Shown: positions 47,816 through 57,207 of the stretch, one piece after another
Layout: every line of letters starts with the position of its first letter
How positions within the stretch are numbered: position 1 is the stretch's first letter
Source: an uncultured Candidatus Saccharibacteria bacterium
Lineage (GTDB): Bacteria > Patescibacteriota > Minisyncoccia > Phycocordibacterales > CALRHW01
DNA: 64,000 bases
Direction of reading: 5' to 3'
Assembly: GCA_964407105.1 (NCBI GenBank)
Contig: CAYOUG010000002.1
Location: 76,003 to 140,002, forward strand
Position numbers and translations under genes: made by a program
The notes under the pieces: generated by a model
The model's database searches: none
What the model saw: the letters and a program-made list of their open reading frames with translations, nothing else
Told to the model about the DNA's origin: nothing

Positions 47816-49727
47816 ATGACTGATCATCCTTCTTTTCTTCAAAAGGCACGTCTGTGGGTTCTGTTTTTGCTCCTGTTCCGTTTGCACCAGCATTTGCTTC
47901 ACCCGCTCCAGCACCACTTGCTTGAGCGTTTTGTTGCATGTGTTGTCCAATTTTCTGAAGCTCGTTTGAAAGAAGACTTGTGGCTGAAGTGATAGCTTCT
48001 TTTTCGTTTCCATCTTTTGCTTTTTTGACCGCTTCAATAGCACCAGCGACAGAATTTTTGATATCTTCAGTAATTTTTCCTTCAGCATCTTTGAGTGCTT
48101 TTTCTCCAGTATATACGAGTTGCTCTGCAATATTTTTTGCCTCGATGAGTTCTTTTTTCTTTGCGTCTTCTGCGCTGTGCATTTCTGCATCTTTTTGCAT
48201 ACGCTCAATATCTGCTTTTGAAAGACCGGAGCTTGCCTCGATGCGAATAGATTGTTCTTTTCCGCTTGATTTATCTTTTGCTTTTACATTTAGAATTCCG
48301 TTGGCATCGATATCGAAAGTTACTTCTATCTGAGGCATACCACGTGGTGCCGGTGGAATTCCGTCTAGAATAAATTTACCAAGACTTTTATTATCTGATG
48401 CCATTGGTCGTTCACCTTGCACAATGTGAATTTCTACTGATGTCTGATTGTCTGCTGCGGTAGAATACACCTGAGATTTTGAAGCAGGAATAGTAGTATT
48501 TTTTGAGATGAGCATGTGAGCCACTCCTCCCATCGTTTCAATACCAAGTGAAAGCGGAATCACATCGAGAAGCAAAATATCTTTTACATCTCCTGTGATA
48601 ATACCCCCTTGAATAGCCGCGCCAAGCGCCACCACTTCATCAGGGTTGATAGATTTATTTGGTTCTTTTCCAAAAAATTCTTTTACAGCCTGTTCTATTT
48701 TTGGCATGCGGGTTTGTCCTCCAACCAAAATCACTTCGTCGATATCTGCAATTTTAAACGGAGATGCTTCCATCGCTCGTTTGGTAATCATCATCGCGCG
48801 TTCAATAAATTCACTTGTGAGTTCTTCGAGTTTTGCTCGATTCATTTTCATTACAAAATGTTTTGGACCACTTGCATCAGAAGTAATAAATGGAATATTA
48901 ATTTCAGTTTCCATCGCAGTAGAAAGTTCGTGCTTTGCTTTTTCCGCCGCTTCATCTAGACGCTGAAGTGCAAAAGAATCTTTTGTGAGATCAATTCCCT
49001 GTTCTTTTTTAAATTCATCAGCAAGGAAATGAATAATTTTTTGATCGATATCTTTTCCTCCCAAATGACTATCGCCGTCGGTTGATTTTACTTCTACAAC
49101 ATCACCACCAACCTCCAATACTGAGATATCAAAAGTACCACCACCGAAATCAAAGACAACAATTTTTTCATCTTTCTTTTTGTTGAAACCGTATGCTAGC
49201 GCTGCCGCTGTTGGTTCATTGATTATGCGCTTCACATCAAGACCTGCTATTTGACCCGCGTCTTTTGTTGCTTGGCGTTGTGCGTCGTTGAAATATGCAG
49301 GCACAGTAATTACCGCTTCGGTGATTTTTTCACCAAGCTTTGCTTCTGCGTCGGCTTTTAGTTTTTGTAAAATCATTGCAGAAATTTCTTCTGGTCGGTA
49401 GTCTTTTTCACCCATTTTTACAAGCACACCACCAGTGTTTGAACTAGAAATATCGTATGGAACAGTTGACTTGTCTTTTTGTACTGCAGGATCATTAAAA
49501 ATATGACCAATAAAACGTTTTATGCCAAAAACAGTATTTTTTGGATTTGTTACCGCCTGACGTTTTGCAAGTAAACCCACAGTGCGCTCGCCATTTTTAG
49601 ATACAGCAATAATAGACGGAGTGGTGCGTGCACCCTCAGCATTTTCAAGAATTTTCGGACCACCAGCTTCCATTACTGCTATTGCAGAATTTGTTGTACC
49701 CAAATCAATTCCTATTACTTTTGCCAT
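47814..49727 (-). CDS. dnaK: Chaperone DnaK
   Basis: [23 protein letters not shown]. Confidence 0.98.
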   Translation of the reverse strand: MAKVIGIDLGTTNSAIAVMEAGGPKILENAEGARTTPSIIAVSKNGERTVGLLAKRQAVTNPKNTVFGIKRFIGHIFNDPAVQKDKSTVPYDISSSNTGGVLVKMGEKDYRPEEISAMILQKLKADAEAKLGEKITEAVITVPAYFNDAQRQATKDAGQIAGLDVKRIINEPTAAALAYGFNKKKDEKIVVFDFGGGTFDISVLEVGGDVVEVKSTDGDSHLGGKDIDQKIIHFLADEFKKEQGIDLTKDSFALQRLDEAAEKAKHELSTAMETEINIPFITSDASGPKHFVMKMNRAKLEELTSEFIERAMMITKRAMEASPFKIADIDEVILVGGQTRMPKIEQAVKEFFGKEPNKSINPDEVVALGAAIQGGIITGDVKDILLLDVIPLSLGIETMGGVAHMLISKNTTIPASKSQVYSTAADNQTSVEIHIVQGERPMASDNKSLGKFILDGIPPAPRGMPQIEVTFDIDANGILNVKAKDKSSGKEQSIRIEASSGLSKADIERMQKDAEMHSAEDAKKKELIEAKNIAEQLVYTGEKALKDAEGKITEDIKNSVAGAIEAVKKAKDGNEKEAITSATSLLSNELQKIGQHMQQNAQASGAGAGEANAGANGTGAKTEPTDVPFEEKKDDQS

Positions 49728-49773
49728 ATTGTTTGTGTGTTTAAAATATTAAAGCGTCTAATGTTTTTTGTTT

Positions 49774-50355
49774 TTATTTTTCTATGTATTTTCCTACTTT
49801 TACTTTTGCTGATCTTATCGGTTTATCATTAAGACTATATCCTTTTTGTAAAACGTCCAGTACTTTGTGATCATCTAGTTTTTCTGTTGTTTCTATAGTG
49901 TCTACTGCTTCGTGGTGCGCGGGATCAAAGGGTTTACCTATTGGGTTAAATTGCACAAGTCCGTTTTGAGAAAATATTGATAGAAGTTGTGAATAAATAT
50001 ATTCTACTCCCAAACGCCACTCTTTCGGTGCTTTCTCCCAAGCTTCTTTATTGGCCGTTGCCATATCAAAGCTGTCGAGTACAGGAATGAGATCGCTGAT
50101 AAGTCTTTCGTTTGAGAATTTTATAAAATTGTTGGCGGTTTCTTCGTCACGTTTTCTTGTGTTGATGAAATCCGCTTTTGCTCTTTGCCAACCATCAAGA
50201 TATTCTTGTTTTTCTGATTCGAGTTGTTTAATTTTTGATTTTAATTTTACGATAATATCTTGTGGATCTTTTTGTTCATATTCGGCATCATTTTCAAGAA
50301 CAATGTCGTCTTGTTCTTCAATTTCCTCTTCTTTTTTTAGATTTTCTTCTTCCAT
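49774..50355 (-). CDS. grpE: Nucleotide exchange factor GrpE
   Basis: RAKADFIN.RKR, FDPAHHEAV, QKGY..IRSAKV. Confidence 0.95.
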   Translation of the reverse strand: MEEENLKKEEEIEEQDDIVLENDAEYEQKDPQDIIVKLKSKIKQLESEKQEYLDGWQRAKADFINTRKRDEETANNFIKFSNERLISDLIPVLDSFDMATANKEAWEKAPKEWRLGVEYIYSQLLSIFSQNGLVQFNPIGKPFDPAHHEAVDTIETTEKLDDHKVLDVLQKGYSLNDKPIRSAKVKVGKYIEK

Positions 50356-50416
50356 AGTAAAAATACTATACACGATTTATTATGTGAGAGTAAAGTTTTT
50401 TAGTTTTCAAAAAATA

Positions 50417-50824
50417 CTATCTCTTTGACCACTGAGGAGCCTTTCGAGCTTTTTTGAGACCGAATTTGCGACGTTCTTTTGCGCGAGCATCTCGTTTGAG
50501 TAGACCAGAAGCTTTGAGTTTCTTTCGGAGTTCTGCATCATAAGCCACGAGTGCTCGAGCTATACCGTGTCGAAGTGCTTGGGCTTGAGAGCTTATTCCA
50601 CCGCCTTTTATAACCGCTGTTACTTTAAATTTTGTTTCGATTTTTGATGTTTCAAAAGGAGTTCTTCCTATAACCTGAAGTGCAAGTGTTGGAAAATATA
50701 CTGCGTATTCTTTTCCGTTTATAACCATACTTGATTTACCTGCTTCTGTAATACGAACTCTAGCGACGGATGTTTTTCTTCGGCCAATAGTTTCTATATA
50801 TTTTTTGTTTTCTTCTGTATTCAT
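50417..50824 (-). CDS. rpsI: 30S ribosomal protein S9
   Basis: GRRKTSVARV, ERRKFGLKKARKAPQWSKR. Confidence 0.98.
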   Translation of the reverse strand: MNTEENKKYIETIGRRKTSVARVRITEAGKSSMVINGKEYAVYFPTLALQVIGRTPFETSKIETKFKVTAVIKGGGISSQAQALRHGIARALVAYDAELRKKLKASGLLKRDARAKERRKFGLKKARKAPQWSKR

Positions 50825-50829
50825 AAGTG

Positions 50830-51174
50830 TTAGTCGGTGACGATTAGGTTTTTGATCATTTTTGAACGAAGTTTGTTGGTAGGAAGCATGCCATATACTG
50901 TGTCTGCAAAAAGTTTAGCATATCCCTTTTTTGCCAAAAACTGTTCAACTGATTTTGATTTTATACCACCTGGATATCCAGAGTATGTGACAAGTATTGT
51001 GTCACGAGTTTTTTTTGGATCAAGTTTTATTTTTGAAGCATTTACGATTGTAACGGTTACAGAAGGCACGATATTTCTTGCAAAGGCCGTTGAATTTTTA
51101 CCTATGAGAAATTTAGCTGCTTCACTTGCAACCCGTCCGAGCTTTTTATCTTGTGCGTCTATTGTGTATTTCAT
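50830..51174 (-). CDS. rplM: 50S ribosomal protein L13 (short)
   Basis: IDA...LGRVAS, YSGYPGG, VYGMLP. Confidence 0.95.
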   Translation of the reverse strand: MKYTIDAQDKKLGRVASEAAKFLIGKNSTAFARNIVPSVTVTIVNASKIKLDPKKTRDTILVTYSGYPGGIKSKSVEQFLAKKGYAKLFADTVYGMLPTNKLRSKMIKNLIVTD

Positions 51175-51175
51175 A

Positions 51176-51523
51176 TTATACAAATTCTATCATTGCCATT
51201 GCAGCGCGGTCGCTTGCACGGTTGCCAAGTTTAATAATGCGTGTGTAACCACCTTTTCGATCTTTGTATTTTGGACCGAGTATTTTAACAAGTTTTTCTG
51301 CACCATCTTTTCCCACACGAGCCAAAAGTAAACGTCTAGATGCCACTGTAGCTGTTTTTCCTCGAGTGATCAACTTTTCTACGATTGGTCGAAGTGCTTT
51401 AGCTTTTACTTCTGTGGTAGTAATTTTTTCACTAAGAATAAGTGAACGAGCAAGAGACGCTACAAGAGCGTTTCTCTGTCCTGTTTTTCTTCCAAATTTT
51501 TTGTTTGATTTACCGTGCCGCAT
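51176..51523 (-). CDS. rplQ: 50S ribosomal protein L17
   Basis: MRHG, ITTTEVKAK, GGYTRI. Confidence 0.98.
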   Translation of the reverse strand: MRHGKSNKKFGRKTGQRNALVASLARSLILSEKITTTEVKAKALRPIVEKLITRGKTATVASRRLLLARVGKDGAEKLVKILGPKYKDRKGGYTRIIKLGNRASDRAAMAMIEFV

Positions 51524-51529
51524 GATATT

Positions 51530-52489
51530 TTATTTTAATGTTATGCCAGATTCAGCTAACATTTTTTTTATTTCAATTACACCTTTTGTGCCGAGACCTT
51601 CAATGTCTGTAATGTCTTTTTCTTTTTTGCGTACAAGACCACCGAGTGTGCGAATATTTGCACTAGTAAGAGCATTCATTGTTCGAGCTGAAAGATTTAG
51701 AGATTCGATACGAGTTTTTAAAAATTCAGGATCAAGTTCTCTTTTTTCACCACCCTCTGAAGAAGAGCTATCTTTTTTGGTTTCAGGCATTTCTTCTTCT
51801 TTAAATCCAATGATCGCCTTTAGCTGATTGATCATTATTTCGATAGCTTTTTCAAGCGCTTCGTGTGGAGTCATGGTGCCGTCTGTTTCAATACCAATTC
51901 TTAGGCGATTGAAATCTGTTCGATCACCAATACGCATATTTTCTACTTCGTAGTTTACACGTCGGATTGGACTAAATACTGCATCAAGAGCAATCATTCC
52001 AATATCTACACGATTTTTCTGTAGTACATCTTTTGAAACGTATCCAAGACCTTTTTCTACTGTAATTTCCATTGAAAATTCAGTATTTTTGTCTGTGATG
52101 TGTGCAATAACGAGTTCTGGATTTAAAATAGATACCTGACCACTTGCTTTTATGTCTCCAGCAGTTATTTCTTGAACGCCCTTAATTTTGAGTGAAAGAG
52201 TTTGTGTTTCGTCGCTATGCATTGCAATACGGACCTTTTTTAGGTTGAGAAGTATGGTAATCACATCTTCTTGTACACCATCAAGTACAGAAAATTCATG
52301 ACTTACGCCGTCTATTTTTACAGAAGTGATAGCTGCTCCGGCAAGAGAAGAAAGAATGATGCGTCGAAGAGAATTACCAAGGGTGTGACCATATCCAGGG
52401 TAAAGACCGTCAATCTCGTAGACGGCTTTAAAATTATCTTCTGAAATAATCTTTGGTTTTGAAGGTAACACGATGCTGTGATGGACCAT
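51530..52489 (-). CDS. rpoA: RNA polymerase alpha subunit
   Basis: GYGHTLGNSLRRIILSS, DAVFSPI, LSARTMNAL. Confidence 0.98.
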   Translation of the reverse strand: MVHHSIVLPSKPKIISEDNFKAVYEIDGLYPGYGHTLGNSLRRIILSSLAGAAITSVKIDGVSHEFSVLDGVQEDVITILLNLKKVRIAMHSDETQTLSLKIKGVQEITAGDIKASGQVSILNPELVIAHITDKNTEFSMEITVEKGLGYVSKDVLQKNRVDIGMIALDAVFSPIRRVNYEVENMRIGDRTDFNRLRIGIETDGTMTPHEALEKAIEIMINQLKAIIGFKEEEMPETKKDSSSSEGGEKRELDPEFLKTRIESLNLSARTMNALTSANIRTLGGLVRKKEKDITDIEGLGTKGVIEIKKMLAESGITLK

Positions 52490-52612
52490 AATCGTTGTAT
52501 TAATTAATTTTTAAATTATACATTACTTTTAAAATATTGCAATAATGACGGTGTGAAGACACAAAAATACACAGGTTTGAACCGCGTGTACGCATAAATC
52601 TTCAGTATTCGG

Positions 52613-53233
52613 TTAACGGCTATAAAACTCAATAACTGAATTTAAATCAAACAATAACTCTCCCTGATCAACTTTCGGTAATCCCTGAATTTCAATTTGT
52701 TTATTGGGTGCATCGACTTTTATCCATGATGGAGCTGTTTTTGTTTGTAATCTTTCTTCAAGACCCTGAAACAATGCTTTTTTCAAGCTTCCGTCTCGCA
52801 CGGTAATGACATCACCTATTGATACTTTGAAAGAAGGAATGTTTACGATTTTGTTATTAACTTTAATATGGTTGTGAGAAACCATTTGTCGAGCGAGAAG
52901 TCTTGCGTGAGCAAAACCTCCGCGAAGTACGGCGTTGTCGAGGCGTGTTTCTAAAAGTTCAAAAAGAGTACCGATATTGTTTGTTCCTTTTGCTGAGAGT
53001 GCTTTTTTTACGTAATTTGAAAATTGTTTTTCTGAAAGAAGATATGTAAAACGAGCCTTTTGTTTCTCGTTCATCTGAATACTAAAATCTGTTTTTTGTT
53101 TTGGTCCCCCGCGTCCTTTTGTGGTTGTTTTGGATTTTTTTGTTTGAGAAAGCACGTACTTCTGTGTTTGAGTTTTCTCAAATACAGGAGCTCCAAGTCT
53201 TCGTGCTATTTTGTATCGTGGTCCGATGATCAT
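52613..53233 (-). CDS. rpsD: 30S ribosomal protein S4
   Basis: EKQKAR, LETRLDN, ARQMVSH, VIEFYSR. Confidence 0.98.
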   Translation of the reverse strand: MIIGPRYKIARRLGAPVFEKTQTQKYVLSQTKKSKTTTKGRGGPKQKTDFSIQMNEKQKARFTYLLSEKQFSNYVKKALSAKGTNNIGTLFELLETRLDNAVLRGGFAHARLLARQMVSHNHIKVNNKIVNIPSFKVSIGDVITVRDGSLKKALFQGLEERLQTKTAPSWIKVDAPNKQIEIQGLPKVDQGELLFDLNSVIEFYSR

Positions 53234-53259
53234 ACCTTTTTGTGTTATCCGTATTAAAA

Positions 53260-53694
53260 TTATACTCGACGTGGCTTAGGTGGCTTTGGTCCATTGTGTG
53301 GTACCGGAGTCACGTCCTTGATTGATAAAATATTTACTCCTTTCGAAATAAAACCTCGGATAGAAGATTCTCGGCCAGAACCCACTCCCCTCACTACCAC
53401 AGAAACATCTTTCATACCTATATTTTGAGCTTTTGTGGCAAGAAGTTCACCCACTTTTGCTGCTGCAAACGGAGTTCCCTTTTTTGCACCACTAAAACCA
53501 AGAGAACCACTAGAAGACCAACCCAAAGTATTACCTTTAGTGTCTGTGAGAACTACTTTTGTGTTGTTGTATGTAGATTGAACATACAAAATACCAGTAT
53601 CAACTCTCTTTTTTGAAGAAGATACTACAGGAGCTTTTTCTGCTCCCTCTGTTGTTCCTGTTTCTCCTTTTTTTACGATGCGTTTCTTTCCCAT
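53260..53694 (-). CDS. rpsK: 30S ribosomal protein S11
   Basis: STYNNT, KKGTPFAA, DVTPVPHNG. Confidence 0.98.
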   Translation of the reverse strand: MGKKRIVKKGETGTTEGAEKAPVVSSSKKRVDTGILYVQSTYNNTKVVLTDTKGNTLGWSSSGSLGFSGAKKGTPFAAAKVGELLATKAQNIGMKDVSVVVRGVGSGRESSIRGFISKGVNILSIKDVTPVPHNGPKPPKPRRV

Positions 53695-53706
53695 GGTTAT
53701 AAATTA

Positions 53707-54087
53707 TTACTTCTTTTCAACGGCTCGTTTTCCGCTTCCCATTGTCTTTCGCACATTTCCTCTTCGTGTTCGAGAATTTGTTTTTGTACGTTGACCTCGT
53801 GATGGTAAACCACGTGCGTGTCGCATACCTCGATATGCTTTTATGTCTTTTAAACGCTTAATATTTCCAGCCACCTCACGCTTTAAATCTCCTTCAATTT
53901 TAAATTTTTCTACAATAGATCGAATTTTGTTTTCGTCTTCTACTGAAAGATCTTTTGGTTTTTTACCGTGATCAATACCTGCCTCAGTGAGGATTTTTTT
54001 TGCAAGAGGACGACCAATACCATAAAGGGTGGTAAGACCGATCTCGAGACGTTTAACTTCTGGAATTGTGATACCTAGGATTCGCAT
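53707..54087 (-). CDS. rpsM: 30S ribosomal protein S13
   Basis: LTTLYGIG, YRGMRH..GLP.RGQRTKTN. Confidence 0.98.
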   Translation of the reverse strand: MRILGITIPEVKRLEIGLTTLYGIGRPLAKKILTEAGIDHGKKPKDLSVEDENKIRSIVEKFKIEGDLKREVAGNIKRLKDIKAYRGMRHARGLPSRGQRTKTNSRTRRGNVRKTMGSGKRAVEKK

Positions 54088-54098
54088 AATATATTTAA

Positions 54099-54215
54099 TT
54101 AACCTTGTCGTTGTTTATGGCGAGGATTACTTTTGCAAATTACATAAACATAGCCTTTTCGTCTGACTACTTCGCATTTTGCACAGATTTTTTTAACGGA
54201 TGCTCGTACTCGCAT
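54099..54215 (-). CDS. rpmJ: 50S ribosomal protein L36 (zinc-binding form), not in ORF track
   Basis: Hand translation [38 protein letters not shown]. Confidence 0.97.
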   Translation of the reverse strand: MRVRASVKKICAKCEVVRRKGYVYVICKSNPRHKQRQG

Positions 54216-54228
54216 GTTTTATCTAAAA

Positions 54229-54447
54229 TTATAAACGTTTTACTATCCTACCTTTACCACCGTATTGGTCAAGCTCTACAATGACTTTGTCGCCGATTAA
54301 TACACGAATTCGATGAAGTCTCATCTTGCCGGCAAGGTAAGTAAGTAAGTCCTCTTCTTGCCCTTCAATTTTGACTTTAAAGAACGTATTTGGCAAAGCT
54401 TCTGTGACAATACCGGTAATTTGGTTCTTTTCGTTGTTTTTCTCCAT
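54229..54447 (-). CDS. infA: Translation initiation factor IF-1
   Basis: EALPN, GKMR..RIRVLIGD.V. Confidence 0.97.
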   Translation of the reverse strand: MEKNNEKNQITGIVTEALPNTFFKVKIEGQEEDLLTYLAGKMRLHRIRVLIGDKVIVELDQYGGKGRIVKRL

Positions 54448-54503
54448 TACAATATAAGCAATGCGAAGTATACTAACAAAATAAGTAGTATTTCGTCAAT
54501 ACC

Positions 54504-55904
54504 CTAGCTTGCGGTGTTAATATCAACCTGTATTTTCCCAGTGTCTTTTGGAAACGATCTTTTCCAAAAAGGACGCAATATTACCTTCGCTTTTTCCACT
54601 TCTGGGTGTGTGGAAAGAATACTACCAAGGTTTTTTTGCGGCTTACCTGATAGGTCTTTTTTAATTTTTTCTTTATCGATAACCCACACAAACAAAGCAT
54701 TTCCTTTCACACTTATATTCACATCATTGGTCTGGGTGTTTGAAAGTGTGCTTGCTGCGGGAAAACTAACATCAAGATTTTCTATGTTTGAAATATATAC
54801 TTCGTCAGGTTTTGCTTGGGTAAGAGTTTCTGTAGACAAAACGGAGCTTAGAATATTTTTATTTAAAATAAGAGCTGTGACAGTACCCCTTTCATTTACT
54901 TTTACAGAAGTATTTGTACTTTCTGTTTGTGGCATATTTTCAAAAGCAAAAGACATTGTGCCGGGATACATAATAAACGCTTCGGGTATTTGAGAAGAAA
55001 TTTCTTTCGAAAGTGTTTCTTTTAATTCATTTTCGAGTTCACCTTGTGTTTTTGTGAGAGTCTCAGGTGTTACTTTTTTTACAGTTCCAGAAAATCCTCC
55101 CTGCATTGGACTTTCTGAGCGAGCGTATATGGTTTTAAAGCGAGGATCATCTTTAAAACCTGGAATTGTAAAATCTGTAAGTCCAATATTATAACCTTCA
55201 CCAACCTTGTCTGCATATACGGTTACGGTGATACTTCCCGGCACTATATCGGTGCCCTTTTTTGTATATCCGGGAATGGTTATTGTATCATTTATGCGAT
55301 AAATAAGACCACTCGTTGTTTCGAAACGAGTATTTGCGATAAGTTTTTGACTCGAAGCGCTGTTTTTATTGTAAACCACTATTTTTCCAGATGCTTTTTT
55401 CTCTACTTTTTCTTCGCCCTGTGTGTCTACTTTTTTACCAGACTCTTTTGAAAGAGTAATGATTTCGTATCCAAGCTCAGTGTCGGTTGGTATTTTTTTT
55501 GCAACAAGTATTTTATCTAAATTCACCGTTTCTTTTTTTGGCGTAATGTTTATTTGTGCGCTTACAAATAAAAATGAAATTGAAAACAATAAAACAATTA
55601 CAGCCACAACACCCAAAAGCCATTTTTTGGTTTTTGAATTTCGTTTTTTGGGTGTTGGTGTTTGGAGTATTGCAGACGTGTCTGTTGGTGGAATATTTTG
55701 GTATGTTTTTTCGACTGTCTCTTGTTCTGTGGATGATGAAACACGCTCGACATGAGAATTGTTGATTGGTGGTATGTTTGGTGTGTTTGTAACCTGATCT
55801 CTGTAAGTGGTTGTGATTGTGTTTCGGCGACGAGATGGCACTGGTATATTTCTAATGGATTTATTTTCTGGAGGTAAAACGTCTTGTACAATTTTTTTTG
55901 GCAT
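54504..55904 (-). CDS. Bitopic protein with large extracellular domain (baseplate-J-like, tentative)
   Basis: Disordered N-terminus, one TM, KASGKIVVYN, TRFET, G..YNI, GGFSG. Confidence 0.6.
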   Translation of the reverse strand: MPKKIVQDVLPPENKSIRNIPVPSRRRNTITTTYRDQVTNTPNIPPINNSHVERVSSSTEQETVEKTYQNIPPTDTSAILQTPTPKKRNSKTKKWLLGVVAVIVLLFSISFLFVSAQINITPKKETVNLDKILVAKKIPTDTELGYEIITLSKESGKKVDTQGEEKVEKKASGKIVVYNKNSASSQKLIANTRFETTSGLIYRINDTITIPGYTKKGTDIVPGSITVTVYADKVGEGYNIGLTDFTIPGFKDDPRFKTIYARSESPMQGGFSGTVKKVTPETLTKTQGELENELKETLSKEISSQIPEAFIMYPGTMSFAFENMPQTESTNTSVKVNERGTVTALILNKNILSSVLSTETLTQAKPDEVYISNIENLDVSFPAASTLSNTQTNDVNISVKGNALFVWVIDKEKIKKDLSGKPQKNLGSILSTHPEVEKAKVILRPFWKRSFPKDTGKIQVDINTAS

Positions 55905-55962
55905 AATAATTGTTATCTACAACTTTCTATTGTATATAATACTAACACACTTGTAAAACTGT

Positions 55963-57195
55963 CTATTCACTTTTTTCTGAATATAGTCGTGCACAAAAAA
56001 TACTTTCAAGAGCGATAAAAGGATCTTGTGGTATTTGTGGAGCGTAAGATACAAAATGAGATAATTTTTCTGCATCAAGCAAAACAATCGAAGTGTTTTT
56101 AAAACTCAGACTATTTTCTTCATTAATAGTCATGTGTTCTTGAATTGCTTGTATAAAAATTGGCGCAACCTCTTCGTCTACCGTTAAAAATATTTTAGAA
56201 AGTATTCCACCCTTTGCAATATCTGCGACGGAATGAAAAAAATAACTTCCCCACTCTTGCATTGCTTTTTTACAGACAGCCTCTATTTTTTCAGCAGACT
56301 CCGGTGCAACATGACCGCTTGCCTGCATATTGAGCATTGATAAAGCTATTTCTCCAGAAACATTAAATGTTTCAGAAATTTTTTGTATAAAATAATTGCG
56401 TCCAATTGGAAAAGAAGCGCTCTCCATAAGTACGTGGTTTTCGATTGAAGACACGTCGGTTACTTCTGCTGAAACATCGGCAAAGATGAACGTTGATTCG
56501 TTTGAGAAAATATCTCTCACTACACTGTGTCCCACAAGAGAAAAAGAATAAAAACTTAAATTGTTTGAATGAAAATATACACCAACAATGCGTTCGATTG
56601 CGTGTATCATGTTTTTTGAAGCAAGACTAATGAACATTGCAATTTCTACGTGCCGTGCTTTTTTTTGATATGGATTTGCTGTGGTGTAACCATTGAGTTT
56701 TGTTTGTATTACTCGTCTTTCTACACAGTCGAGATCATTTTTTGAATCTGATGTGCTGAGCGAAGTATTTTTTTCAGACAATTCTTGTTTGAAAATACCC
56801 TCTTCTTTTTCAAGGAGTGAATCGATAAAATTTTTTGTAATTGAAATTGGTTGTTCGTTTTCTATCGTAAGTACTTTTGTTTTTGAAATGTACCAAGGTG
56901 AAGATAGTATACAAAAAGTATGACCTATCTTTTGTATTGGTAAATTTAATGCTTTTATATATTCTGGACCTTCTTTTGCTACAGCAGAAATTACTTCCTC
57001 AAGCATATTTAATACCAACGAAGAAAGTTTTTGAGAATCTGTATTAATCCCTATTGTAAGCGGAAGACGTTTTGAATATATAATTTGTGAAGGGTTTCCA
57101 GCGCTATGGTATACGAGTCCTGCCGCGACACTTCCATTGCCAACATCAAGTATTAGATGAATATCTTTTTCATTTTTTTCTTTAAAGAAACTCAT
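55963..57195 (-). CDS. Divergent actin-fold protein (FtsA/PilM-like)
   Basis: ILDVGNGSV phosphate-1, FADVSAEVTDVS degenerate phosphate-2, SFPIG. Confidence 0.6.
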   Translation of the reverse strand: MSFFKEKNEKDIHLILDVGNGSVAAGLVYHSAGNPSQIIYSKRLPLTIGINTDSQKLSSLVLNMLEEVISAVAKEGPEYIKALNLPIQKIGHTFCILSSPWYISKTKVLTIENEQPISITKNFIDSLLEKEEGIFKQELSEKNTSLSTSDSKNDLDCVERRVIQTKLNGYTTANPYQKKARHVEIAMFISLASKNMIHAIERIVGVYFHSNNLSFYSFSLVGHSVVRDIFSNESTFIFADVSAEVTDVSSIENHVLMESASFPIGRNYFIQKISETFNVSGEIALSMLNMQASGHVAPESAEKIEAVCKKAMQEWGSYFFHSVADIAKGGILSKIFLTVDEEVAPIFIQAIQEHMTINEENSLSFKNTSIVLLDAEKLSHFVSYAPQIPQDPFIALESIFCARLYSEKSE

Positions 57196-57207
57196 GAGTA
57201 TTTAATA

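Noticed and set aside
50356-50416. CIRCE/HrcA control of grpE-dnaK-dnaJ
   Set aside because: No TTAGCACTC-N9-GAGTGCTAA and no hrcA in the window.
54504-55904. Prophage
   Set aside because: No capsid, terminase, tail or integrase genes; embedded among core genes.
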